DNA from: a virus
Lineage: Duplodnaviria > Caudoviricetes
Reading direction: 5' to 3' (one strand)
Virus record (IMG/VR): IMGVR_UViG_3300027839_000010
Coordinates: 1-56,092 of that record
Length of the DNA stretch: 56,092 bases
A program made the translations under genes and the position numbers. This document shows positions 9,224 to 18,426 of the stretch, one piece after another; the stretch's first letter is position 1; each line of letters begins with the position of its first letter. A model generated the notes under the pieces. That model had not been told where the DNA came from. It did not search any database and worked only from the letters and a program-made list of their open reading frames with translations.

Positions 9224-9723
9224 AGCAATCAATAACACTATCAGAAGTATATAAATTCATCAATGAATCATACTGTAAGATTAATAAAAATGGATTGTAT
9301 ATAGATTCAATAGTTGATAGATTTAGAGGAGTTAGATATAATAATGGTGGTTTTGCTGAATACATTGAAGAAGATTATCATCATTATTGTGAAACATATT
9401 GTGAGGAATTGTCGCAAGAAAGTAAAGATTTACATGAACAGATAAATATATTAATGAAACTGTTTGAAATTGATTACAATCTAGAAAATGAGTATCAAGA
9501 TTGTATGTGGGAAGAAACAAAAATGAATTGTTCTAATCATAATAAAAATACAATAATGTTATGTCTTTCTAAACATGGAGATTGTAATGATACAAGAACT
9601 ATCTTAAATAAAGAAGCAGAAGAATTTGCACATAAAATGTATGATGAAGATTATGATGTTCAAAATTCTTTGTATCGTGAGTACAAAAAGGAAATGATAT
9701 ATTCAGGAGATTATTATGATTGA
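9220..9723 (+). CDS. acidic hypothetical protein
   Basis: ORF in the track (9205); ATG 9220 overlaps the upstream stop. Confidence 0.6.
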   Translation: MKQSITLSEVYKFINESYCKINKNGLYIDSIVDRFRGVRYNNGGFAEYIEEDYHHYCETYCEELSQESKDLHEQINILMKLFEIDYNLENEYQDCMWEETKMNCSNHNKNTIMLCLSKHGDCNDTRTILNKEAEEFAHKMYDEDYDVQNSLYREYKKEMIYSGDYYD

Positions 9724-10162
9724 TGACAAAACCCTAATGAAACATGTCAGATTATGTAAGGATAGTGTCATGCTTAGACAACAAACTCTTATTTGTAAGC
9801 AACATGATATGGTATTAGAACTACCATGATTAATATAAAATGTGCTGATTGTGATATGGATTGTGAAGTTCCATCTAAAGAACTCATATATTGTGTAAGA
9901 TGTTTCCAAAATCATAGAAATGACATACAAGATGATTACTATTGATAGTATTCGTATGTGATTTATGTAATGCTGAGTTACCTGATGAACTAACTAGATT
10001 AGAAAGACATACTGAATGGCATAGTAAGGCACACATACAACACAGGAATACTACTCAAGGTGTTCCAAACTATAAAAAGAAGGAGGTATGATATAAAATA
10101 TGGAAGAAGAATATGAAGAAAGACCTGAATGGTCATGGATAGATAGAAAGAAATAACACCCT

Positions 10163-10198
10163 TTTCCAACGGTGTTTCGTTGGGAAAGACTTAAATCA
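10163..10198 (+). promoter_or_regulatory. palindromic operator plus BRE/TATA promoter
   Basis: TTTCCAAC-N8-GTTGGGAA overlapping GAAAGACTTAAATCA; same design as 7183-7227. Confidence 0.65.
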
Positions 10199-10214
10199 AA
10201 CCCTTGATGATAGA

Positions 10215-10330
10215 GTTTGTCTTGAGAGATCAAGCAAACGTCAATCAAAGATTGATATGTTACAAGTATCTAACGCTAGTGTGACGGTATGAAGATTCAC
10301 ACAGTTATTCCATACATTGTAACCACATAT
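10215..10330 (+). ncRNA. candidate structured ncRNA or 5' leader
   Basis: Three consecutive stems: GTTTG-T-CTTGA(GAGA)TCAAG-CAAAC; TCAATC(AAA)GATTGA; and a long interrupted stem GTTACAA/TTGTAAC, GTAT/ATAC, TAAC/GTTA, GTGTGA/TCACAC. Confidence 0.45.
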
Positions 10331-10370
10331 ATATATAAAGCCAAGTGCTTTATAAAAGGAGGTAATTAAT

Positions 10371-10625
10371 ATGACATGCGACAATAGATTACTAACTACC
10401 AAAGATGTTAGTACATTGCAAAAGAAAAACCTAGTAAAACTCAGTAGTATATTGAGTGACTCTGATAAAATACAAGCAAGTAAATTTGCTGTATTATTAT
10501 TAGATGTTGATGGCGAAATGTTTAGAACAGGAAACCAACTAGGACAATTAGTTCCACAAGAATCCACTATCGTAAGAGATAGAACAGGACAGATTGTGGG
10601 TATTCCAACAGTATCTGGTGGCTAA
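10371..10625 (+). CDS. ubiquitin-like beta-grasp protein (SAMP/MoaD/ThiS/Urm1-like)
   Basis: 84 aa ending ...ESTIVRDRTGQIVGIPTVSGG-stop, resembling the SAMP/MoaD xxPPVSGG tail. An internal FAVLL-DGE strand is present. GGAGGT SD. Confidence 0.7.
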   Translation: MTCDNRLLTTKDVSTLQKKNLVKLSSILSDSDKIQASKFAVLLLDVDGEMFRTGNQLGQLVPQESTIVRDRTGQIVGIPTVSGG

Positions 10626-10642
10626 CCACCCCTTATATTTTT

Positions 10643-10840
10643 TTGAGTCCACATAGAAAATTCGTTTGCTATCTTTGTTACAAAACTTTCGGTGGAAGAA
10701 AACTAGGATCTTCAATAGGTTCTGGTAAATTTATTGAAAACATCTGTAAGAAATGTACAAAAGAAAATTACGTTTGGGATCACGATCTTAGACCTAATTA
10801 TAGAGCAATCGAAAGACAATTAAAGGAATCACAAGTATAA
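10643..10840 (+). CDS. small Zn-finger protein
   Basis: CYLC...CKKC; abuts the ATPase start. Confidence 0.55.
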   Translation: MSPHRKFVCYLCYKTFGGRKLGSSIGSGKFIENICKKCTKENYVWDHDLRPNYRAIERQLKESQV

Positions 10841-10841
10841 A

Positions 10842-13283
10842 ATGTCCAAAGAAGAATACTATAAACCAACACTAATCGAGCCAAAGGATTTAGATATTGA
10901 AGGAACGGATTATAATGCTGACCTTAATGTTATAAAAGAGGGCAACACTATCAAGGTTACTATGGATCAAGATGTAATGATACAGCGTGTATCACATGAG
11001 ATTTATAGTAATGCTGAATCAGGTATAAGAGAACTCATCAACAATGAGTATCGTGCCTGTCGTCAAGCAAGAGATAACTATAATGCCAAGCCTAGAATAG
11101 AGATAACTATTGATGCACGTACTAGAGAACTAACCATAGAGGGTATTGATTCTCTTGGTATATCAGTTCGTGTGTTTGATAAAGTTCTTAGACGTCTAGG
11201 TGTATCAGGTAATGTTGATGGTGGTAAAGAGATTGGTCAGTTTGGTATGGGATTCGCAGCTTATACTACACTTTCAGAATTGATTACTGTCGAAACATAT
11301 AGTAGAGAGGACAACCAAGAGTTTGCTTTCTTAGGAGATAGAGGTATTGATTTCAAGATACTTCCTAAACCTGAACGAGAAACATTTGGAACTAAGATAC
11401 TATTAACCTGTAAAGAGAGTGTAGATTTCAAAGACATTAGGGATAAGGTAAAAGCATGTGCCTTGTTCTCAACCATACCAACTGTTATCACAATATTAGA
11501 TGACGGTAAAACAGATGATTCTTATAGGTATGATAACGATCTTTCAATAGGAACAGAAGTTCTACCTACATATAGTTCAGGAAAAGATTGGTGTATCTCA
11601 GAATATCGAGAGAAAGTTCCACAACAATATACTCATTTAGATGAATCCACTAGAGGATTATGTGATCATGGTTTTGCAGTAGGTTTTTACAAAGAAGTTC
11701 ACATCAACAATGATGACTACGAGTTCTTTGGTATTATATCTATTAATAAGAACGGATCATTAATGAGTTTAGAGGGTGGTAATAGATATGATTCAGGGGA
11801 TAACCATGCGTTGTTAGTGAACACACCTATACAATCAAGCATAAAACCAAAAGGTAAATGGACAGTATGGTATCTTAATGTAAAGAACGAAAGAGATTAT
11901 GTTCCAACAGCAGATAGAGATAGATTAAAAGATGAATCATCTGCCAAAATTAATATGGTATTAGGTATAGAATTACAAGAAAGATTCACAGGCACAGGTC
12001 TTGCGATAAATAGTATTGCAGATTTCAATGCTTCAATCAATAAACCTGTGTTGAAAAACCTTTGGAACTTTACTGAACTTATGAATAGTAAGGAATACAT
12101 TAGCAGTAAGAGAGTAATGGATATATTAGATAAACGATACCCAACTATTAATCAAAGACGATTAGTCATGAGTGATATGATTTCCAGCAACAATACAATA
12201 GTTGTATTGAAAAGTCTTAGAGCAGATATGATGTCAAGATTAACTGGATCGTTAGGTAAGAAAAAGTCACTTACATTTATCAGGTGGCGACCAATAGATG
12301 TGTATGGAGATGATAGTCTTGAAACTGTAATAGCATTGATGAATGAATGTAATGTAGTATGGGGAGAACAATATCTGAAAGACAATAAGGTCAAGGGTAT
12401 TAAATCTACTAACCTTGCTAAATCTGTTGCAGAAGAAGCAGGTTGTGTATTATATCACAAAGGAAACAACAGATATTCTAGTGTCTTTGGAACTGAAACA
12501 AGATACTATGTAGAGAAATATTCTACTACTGTTGGAGAGGTTAATGAACAAGCAGATTTGAAAGACAATACAAACCATAGAAATAATATCATGCAGGTTA
12601 CCAAAGAAGATTGGCATGAGTTCTATGAAAAAACATTGTATAATCATAGTGGTATTGGATTCTGTATTATGAAACCTCGTAAAGGTATTAGTGATAACAT
12701 TGAATGTTACACAGATTACAAGGAAGCATACAAGACAAGAAAGTTCCTAACATTAGGAAGTGAAAGGAAAACAATAAAGGAATTGTTCCCTGAAGATAAT
12801 GGTAAAATAAACAATGGATTTGAAGATGGTGTAATACAACTTGTAGTATGTCCTAAGAAACATGCTGAAACAATATCTGAACTATTTAAACCAGAAGATA
12901 TACAATTCAAAGAAACTTATAACAACAATTCTGTGAATGTAATATTCTGTAATAGTAATAAGGAATTGATATGTCTTACAACATACATTAATCAAACATA
13001 TAAAAATTCATATACTATATGTACAAGCCATGCTAGTACATTTAAAAAGTTGTTTGATAAAGATAGTAACTGTGGAAATACCTTAATGACAAGTTCTAAA
13101 GAAACTGATTGGCAACAAGTTATAAAGATGGAAAACTTTAGAAGATCAATTCCTGACAGTATGTATCAGTTGTTTTTGAACGCTGTTAATAATGAATCAG
13201 ATAGAGGACAGGAATTTATGCAATCCATATATGATTATGGAGATGAGCAAAGATTAGCAGGAGATAAATTTGACAAGCCTTGA
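10842..13283 (+). CDS. Hsp90/MORC-type GHKL ATPase (T4 rIIA-like architecture)
   Basis: IYSNAESGIRELINN (N-box), IGQFGMGF (G2), FGTKI (G3) and YVPTADRDRL (middle-domain Arg loop), followed by a long unrecognised C-terminus. Confidence 0.8.
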   Translation: MSKEEYYKPTLIEPKDLDIEGTDYNADLNVIKEGNTIKVTMDQDVMIQRVSHEIYSNAESGIRELINNEYRACRQARDNYNAKPRIEITIDARTRELTIEGIDSLGISVRVFDKVLRRLGVSGNVDGGKEIGQFGMGFAAYTTLSELITVETYSREDNQEFAFLGDRGIDFKILPKPERETFGTKILLTCKESVDFKDIRDKVKACALFSTIPTVITILDDGKTDDSYRYDNDLSIGTEVLPTYSSGKDWCISEYREKVPQQYTHLDESTRGLCDHGFAVGFYKEVHINNDDYEFFGIISINKNGSLMSLEGGNRYDSGDNHALLVNTPIQSSIKPKGKWTVWYLNVKNERDYVPTADRDRLKDESSAKINMVLGIELQERFTGTGLAINSIADFNASINKPVLKNLWNFTELMNSKEYISSKRVMDILDKRYPTINQRRLVMSDMISSNNTIVVLKSLRADMMSRLTGSLGKKKSLTFIRWRPIDVYGDDSLETVIALMNECNVVWGEQYLKDNKVKGIKSTNLAKSVAEEAGCVLYHKGNNRYSSVFGTETRYYVEKYSTTVGEVNEQADLKDNTNHRNNIMQVTKEDWHEFYEKTLYNHSGIGFCIMKPRKGISDNIECYTDYKEAYKTRKFLTLGSERKTIKELFPEDNGKINNGFEDGVIQLVVCPKKHAETISELFKPEDIQFKETYNNNSVNVIFCNSNKELICLTTYINQTYKNSYTICTSHASTFKKLFDKDSNCGNTLMTSSKETDWQQVIKMENFRRSIPDSMYQLFLNAVNNESDRGQEFMQSIYDYGDEQRLAGDKFDKP

Positions 13284-13392
13284 GAAAACAATAACATATT
13301 ACAGATGTAACTACTGTAATAATCTAAGGATTCATTGGTCAGATGAACAAACCGATACGCATTTATGTAAGCCTTGTTATGAATCAACATGA
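13270..13392 (+). CDS. 40-aa Zn-finger micro-protein (paralogue A)
   Basis: MTSLEKTITYYRCNYCNNLRIHWSDEQTDTHLCKPCYEST. Confidence 0.6.
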   Translation: MTSLEKTITYYRCNYCNNLRIHWSDEQTDTHLCKPCYEST

Positions 13393-13541
13393 CTAGATAC
13401 GAACACACCATTGTTATGATCAGATGTAATATATGTGATAGCCCAAGAATACATTGGTCAGATAAACAAGATGATTTAGATTTGTGTAAGAAATGTTATT
13501 CAGAACGTTGGGATAAAAAAGTGCGTGGAGATGAATCATGA
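13389..13541 (+). CDS. 50-aa Zn-finger micro-protein (paralogue B)
   Basis: MTRYEHTIVMIRCNICDSPRIHWSDKQDDLDLCKKCYSERW...; ATGA coupling. Confidence 0.6.
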   Translation: MTRYEHTIVMIRCNICDSPRIHWSDKQDDLDLCKKCYSERWDKKVRGDES

Positions 13542-13705
13542 ATAGAAAAGAAATACATTATGTGCAAGAGGCATTTCGTGAATTGATTAAGAATATAGAC
13601 GAACAACTTAAGGTTAAATTTTTATGTGAAGATGAAAGTGTATATCTTACAGGTGTTCTTCAAGGTTATCAACATGGATATGAGTTAGTGAGGAAATTAA
13701 AATGA
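13538..13705 (+). CDS. 55-aa hypothetical protein
   Basis: Open frame with ATGA overlaps at both ends. Confidence 0.5.
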   Translation: MNRKEIHYVQEAFRELIKNIDEQLKVKFLCEDESVYLTGVLQGYQHGYELVRKLK

Positions 13706-14391
13706 AAGTTTCATTCTTAGATGAACGAGATGGATTGTATATTATTATGATCGAGGGTAAAGTCAAGACCATAGTAAGAGATGCCTACTCACAACTCAAG
13801 TATAAAACATATAATGGTAACAGAATTTTCTATGATTTCGGAGATGGTTTAAAGATACAGGAAACTTATGATGATAGAATCTTTAACTGTTACATAGGAG
13901 AGGCAGTAATTAATATCAGAAATGGTAAGAAGATTGCCGAGTATATCATAGATGAAAACAAATCAGGCTATGAATTATTCGTCAAAGAACATTACCTTGA
14001 ACAGCACAGAACTGAACTATTAGATAAGATCATTGATACATATAATAATAGAGTGGTCAAAGTTAAAGATGGTTATGTGGTTGATGACATATTCAAGGTA
14101 GATAACAAAGGAACAAGTTATTGTAAATCTGGTGTTGTAAAATTACCTAGTGCAAAACATGGTAATTGGAAATTCCTTTGCACAGTAGCACAAGGAAATA
14201 TAAGAAAGATGTCAATAGATAGTGAAGTTGGTTTGCTAGAATTAGATACAACATGTATGACTGTACTAGCAAAGATTGGATTCTTCTGTAATCCAAACGT
14301 TCATGATAAAGTATTCATGAATCAACTACCACAGAAAATACAAAAATTACTTGTCGAACAAGACAAGGTAAAAGGAGGTAATTTAATATGA
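13702..14391 (+). CDS. hypothetical protein with an FLCTV...VLAK...D..F..QL motif
   Basis: 229 aa. The C-terminal pattern recalls, from memory only, the domain found C-terminal to DUF4132. Confidence 0.65.
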   Translation: MKVSFLDERDGLYIIMIEGKVKTIVRDAYSQLKYKTYNGNRIFYDFGDGLKIQETYDDRIFNCYIGEAVINIRNGKKIAEYIIDENKSGYELFVKEHYLEQHRTELLDKIIDTYNNRVVKVKDGYVVDDIFKVDNKGTSYCKSGVVKLPSAKHGNWKFLCTVAQGNIRKMSIDSEVGLLELDTTCMTVLAKIGFFCNPNVHDKVFMNQLPQKIQKLLVEQDKVKGGNLI

Positions 14392-14576
14392 AATTAGAAA
14401 AACAAATAACTGAAAAGTTATTAGAAAAATTAGACCAAGCAACAGTAATAGATTACGTTGCTAACAATTACTCTTGTGAGATAATAGATATATTACAAGA
14501 TGATATATATGATATGGTTAGAGAACAATCAGATAGTTTTAATGATCCTGATTCTGCATGGAACGATAGAGATTGA
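14388..14576 (+). CDS. acidic hypothetical protein
   Basis: GGAGGT SD; ATGA overlap. Confidence 0.6.
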   Translation: MKLEKQITEKLLEKLDQATVIDYVANNYSCEIIDILQDDIYDMVREQSDSFNDPDSAWNDRD

Positions 14577-14667
14577 CTAACAAAGATTTTGAAAATGGAG
14601 ATTTTTGTTTAGAATGTGGTTGTCATTATACAGAAGGTTGTCCTTGTGATAAAGAGGAAGAAGATAA

Positions 14668-15144
14668 TTGACCGACATGAATGATACTGCTGATGTTAGA
14701 ATACATTATTGCAAATCAAAAAAGCATACAGGCAAACCAATCGTAGTTAATCCAATAGATTCAGATGAATATGATACAGATAATTTTGAGATGAATGATG
14801 TTAATGTTCGTGTCAAATTTAATAACGCTGTATCAAAAGAAAAATCTAGTGGAGCTACTAGCATACTAGAGGTAAGGAAGCCCAAACCCATTGAAGATAA
14901 TAATACTTTAATGTATAAGGCAATAAGAACAAGAGAGAACGCATATAATAGTTCATGTATATCTTGTAGTAAAGACTTTGAAATAGGTGTAAAGAGAATA
15001 CATTGGAGATTAAAATTACAGGCTTCATCATGGTTTCATAACGGATCATTTACTACAGATCAATGTCAAGAATGTGCATTAAGAACATGCGAACTTTGGA
15101 TAGATAGTATGAGACAGATGAGAGAGAACATTAGAAATGAATGA
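14668..15144 (+). CDS. hypothetical protein with a C-terminal Zn finger
   Basis: CISC...CQEC. Confidence 0.6.
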   Translation: MTDMNDTADVRIHYCKSKKHTGKPIVVNPIDSDEYDTDNFEMNDVNVRVKFNNAVSKEKSSGATSILEVRKPKPIEDNNTLMYKAIRTRENAYNSSCISCSKDFEIGVKRIHWRLKLQASSWFHNGSFTTDQCQECALRTCELWIDSMRQMRENIRNE

Positions 15145-15382
15145 TAGAGAATTATGTATTCATACTGTAACATCTTTAACAGGATTCTTTAGGAGAGATA
15201 GTAATGTTGAGCCTGATTATGAGATGTATAAATATCTGTTAGAATCAAGTAGAGTTGCATTGTTTTCTAAAATATCCTTAGAAGAAATGTATAAGATTGC
15301 AGAAGAATGTGACGAACAAGATAAAGAGGTAGTTAAACTAACTGAAAAGATGGTTAAATATCTAGAGGCTCAAAGAGAATGA
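15137..15382 (+). CDS. hypothetical protein
   Basis: Coupled ORF in the early array. Confidence 0.55.
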   Translation: MNDRELCIHTVTSLTGFFRRDSNVEPDYEMYKYLLESSRVALFSKISLEEMYKIAEECDEQDKEVVKLTEKMVKYLEAQRE

Positions 15383-15804
15383 GCCACAGTTACGCAGGAT
15401 TCTATGGTCATGGAACTATAACTAAAAGCATAAGTGATGTATGTGGTAGAGGAAATCTTGTAGATCCTACACACATAAGACTTCACTCATACATGGGTGG
15501 AGATAAGAACGACAACAGATGTACTATTATGTCATTAGGAAAAGGACACAGTTATGAAACATTTAATGAGGCAGAAGTATCTATATGTATGAACAAGAAA
15601 GATGTGGCTCTACTTATTAGAGAGATGTCAGCATGGTTGGCAGGAGATGAGGGTAGTGACGATTACGGAACTATGCCCGAGATAACCTTTAGCCATATAT
15701 CACATGAAGATAATCATTTGTCAGAAGAAGAATACGGAAAGGTATTAGATGAGAGAGCAAAAACATTTGGGTGGACAAAAAAAATGAGGGATAACCACCA
15801 ATGA
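15379..15804 (+). CDS. hypothetical protein
   Basis: 141 aa; ATGA coupling. Confidence 0.6.
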   Translation: MSHSYAGFYGHGTITKSISDVCGRGNLVDPTHIRLHSYMGGDKNDNRCTIMSLGKGHSYETFNEAEVSICMNKKDVALLIREMSAWLAGDEGSDDYGTMPEITFSHISHEDNHLSEEEYGKVLDERAKTFGWTKKMRDNHQ

Positions 15805-16091
15805 CTAAAGAAGAAATAGATTGCGAAGAATTTCCTGAGCATGAAGAATGTAAATGTTCTGATCCTAATGATGGAGATGCTTTATATGATGCATGGGCAG
15901 ATGATAGAGTGATAGCATTTTATGAGGCAATAGAATCAAGGGAAAAATTGTACAAGAAACTATTGTTGTGTGACTATAGTGGAAAGAGTGATGAACGAGA
16001 TGAACTAGAAAAGGAACTCGTTTATAATCTTACAGGTCAAAGAGGATTATGGTTGAACATGAATAATCTTCATGAGTGGGTTCAAGAATAA
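15801..16091 (+). CDS. acidic hypothetical protein
   Basis: ATGA coupling. Confidence 0.6.
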   Translation: MTKEEIDCEEFPEHEECKCSDPNDGDALYDAWADDRVIAFYEAIESREKLYKKLLLCDYSGKSDERDELEKELVYNLTGQRGLWLNMNNLHEWVQE

Positions 16092-16252
16092 TGGTCATGA
16101 ACTGTAGAAACTGTGGTATAAAATGTGGAGCAGTAGATGGATTTGATCCACCATACTGTTGTGATTCTTGTAACGAAGAATGGCACATTAAACTAGAGAA
16201 GAAACTAAGACAGTATGATGAAGATGTATTGTCAGGTAAAAGAAACAAATGA
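16091..16252 (+). CDS. 53-aa Cys-rich micro-protein
   Basis: CRNCGIKC...YCCDSC; overlaps both neighbours. Confidence 0.5.
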   Translation: MVMNCRNCGIKCGAVDGFDPPYCCDSCNEEWHIKLEKKLRQYDEDVLSGKRNK

Positions 16253-16506
16253 TCTGTAGAAAAACTACTTCAGTATGTATGGAATCCTATGCTACGAGAG
16301 GTAGATATAAAATACGATCGAGGTATGGCTCTATAGTACAGAAAAATTGTACTAGATGTAACAAAGTTTTACTTTGTAATACAAGGAAAAAATATTGTAG
16401 TAACTGTAAAGTTATAAACCATAGAGAAGAATCTAAACTCTATCAAAGAGAGTTAAGATCACATATAAAAAAATCCCAACTCGCTTGGGCAAAAGGAGGA
16501 ATATAA
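16249..16506 (+). CDS. Zn-finger protein
   Basis: CTRC...KKYCSNC. Confidence 0.5.
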   Translation: MICRKTTSVCMESYATRGRYKIRSRYGSIVQKNCTRCNKVLLCNTRKKYCSNCKVINHREESKLYQRELRSHIKKSQLAWAKGGI

Positions 16507-16507
16507 T

Positions 16508-16711
16508 ATGAATAGAGACGATATGTATAAAGATACATATGATGAATTGATTGTAGACATACTTCAAAGAGTAGAAGTATTAGAAGAAAGAGTTTCAAGA
16601 CTTCCATGTGATCATATCGAATTTCCATTAGATGAGGGATATGAATTAGATGAGGATAACAATGAGGTAAGAGTTTTGTATTGTAGAAACTGTGGAGAAG
16701 TAGTAGAATGA
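16508..16711 (+). CDS. small Zn-ribbon protein
   Basis: CDH...CRNCG; GGAGG SD. Confidence 0.6.
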   Translation: MNRDDMYKDTYDELIVDILQRVEVLEERVSRLPCDHIEFPLDEGYELDEDNNEVRVLYCRNCGEVVE

Positions 16712-17382
16712 AAACTAAAGAAGCAAAAGACATTGTAGGTGGGCTAACCTACACAAGTAAAATGCCCTGCCCTAGTTTATCTATACCATCTAGTGCCTGT
16801 ATAACAGGGGCTAAGTTAGTAAAGATTAAGGGATCTACATGTGAGGGTTGCTATACATTTAAGGGAATGTATAACTTTCCTATTGGAAAACTGGCTAGGG
16901 ATAAAAGACTAGATAGTTTATACAAACTTAGATGGGTTGAGGCTATGGTCACACTCATTAAATCTAGGAGAGATTATAAGAAAGGAGAGGATTGGTTTAG
17001 ATGGCACGATAGTGGAGACATACAAGGTATGATCCACCTGTGTAACATTATGCAGGTTGCAGAACTTACGCCTGATTGTGATCATTGGTTGCCTACTAGA
17101 GAGAATGCTTTTCTTAAGGCTTATGTAGAGAGTGGTAAGGTTGTTCCTAGTAATATGTATGTTAGAGTTTCTGCTACTATGATTGATGGTATGCCCCCCA
17201 CCGAGTTTGTTAATGAACTTAACAAGTATGATAATGTTAAGGGATTCATAGGCACAAGCACAGTACATAAGGACAAGGAAGCCATTGGTGTCAGTTGTAT
17301 TGCATATGATCAAGGTGGAGAGTGTAAGGATTGTCGTACCTGTTGGTCAACAGAGTTAAATGTATCATACCCTAAACATTAG
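16708..17382 (+). CDS. GP88-like phage protein (Cys-rich, radical-SAM-like)
   Basis: SKMPC...C...CEGCY, FRWHDSGD, HWLPTRE and CKDCRTCW motifs. Confidence 0.7.
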   Translation: MKTKEAKDIVGGLTYTSKMPCPSLSIPSSACITGAKLVKIKGSTCEGCYTFKGMYNFPIGKLARDKRLDSLYKLRWVEAMVTLIKSRRDYKKGEDWFRWHDSGDIQGMIHLCNIMQVAELTPDCDHWLPTRENAFLKAYVESGKVVPSNMYVRVSATMIDGMPPTEFVNELNKYDNVKGFIGTSTVHKDKEAIGVSCIAYDQGGECKDCRTCWSTELNVSYPKH

Positions 17383-17383
17383 T

Positions 17384-17722
17384 ATGTCACACAAGACAGA
17401 TTATAGAACACAGAAACAGAAAGCATTAGAGATACTTGAACATGAACAAATCAAAGTTGTAATGAAAGGGTTGTGGGAAATAGAATCATTAACTGAAGAT
17501 CAAAAATATGAGATTGAGTTAGTTGATACAACACAATCTATTAGTGGTTACACCTGTGGTTGTAAGGCATGGAAGTTTTCTGAAGATAAGGAATGCAAAC
17601 ACGTTGTTGCAGTAAAGATATTCGATAAAGGATATACTCCAAAGCATATTGTGTTTGATGTTGTGTCATTAAATTCTACTGATTTATCAGTAGAACAAAT
17701 CTATGAACTTATTAACAGATAA
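17384..17722 (+). CDS. SWIM zinc-finger protein
   Basis: YEIEL...TCGCKAW...ECKHVVAV (CxC-n-CxH). Confidence 0.75.
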   Translation: MSHKTDYRTQKQKALEILEHEQIKVVMKGLWEIESLTEDQKYEIELVDTTQSISGYTCGCKAWKFSEDKECKHVVAVKIFDKGYTPKHIVFDVVSLNSTDLSVEQIYELINR

Positions 17723-17768
17723 CGTATTTACGAAAAGACTTATTAAGAAGTAGTATAAATACTGTTGT

Positions 17769-17954
17769 GTGGACATAGATGATAATTTTCTCGGAGATGA
17801 CAGGGAAAAGTATATTACTATGTTAGTAGAAATAGAAAAAAAGATTTGGATTCCTATACACAGGGAAGAAAAATCACATTGGGAATCCTTAACGGATTCT
17901 GAAATCATACAGAGTTTGAAACGTCTTGAAGATGTTGAGAACAATCCTGTATAA
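17769..17954 (+). CDS. hypothetical protein
   Basis: GTG start following an AAAAG-ACTTATTAA BRE/TATA-like element. Confidence 0.5.
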   Translation: MDIDDNFLGDDREKYITMLVEIEKKIWIPIHREEKSHWESLTDSEIIQSLKRLEDVENNPV

Positions 17955-18219
17955 AATAAATAATAGCCAATAGGCTAGGAGGAATATAATATGACAGAAA
18001 AGAAAAAGAAATCGTGTGATGAATGTTGGAGCCAGAAACAATACTGTGAAGAATGTTCAATGGAGAATGCACAATGAATAAATATACTGACACCTCAAAA
18101 TCTTCTCCTCAAATTGCAAACGAATTAGCAGAAATGAACAGGCTAAAGAGATTGGAACTGAAATTAAAATATCAGATACCTGATTTTGATTTAGAAGATT
18201 GGGGAGTAGTAGATAAGGC

Positions 18220-18426
18220 ATGAGTGATTATACTGCTGAAGATATTAACAACGCCATACTCACAGGTATTGTCAAGACACTAGGGATAATGAAAGATGTC
18301 AAAGCACAAGGAGATGATCTTAATGAGGTAGACTTTGATGAGATCATTGAAATGCGAATGAGAGATATGACAGATAGACATATCTATGAAGAAACCAAAG
18401 AAGCAGATGATGAGGATAACGAATAG
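18220..18426 (+). CDS. acidic hypothetical protein
   Basis: ORF in the early array. Confidence 0.55.
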   Translation: MSDYTAEDINNAILTGIVKTLGIMKDVKAQGDDLNEVDFDEIIEMRMRDMTDRHIYEETKEADDEDNE

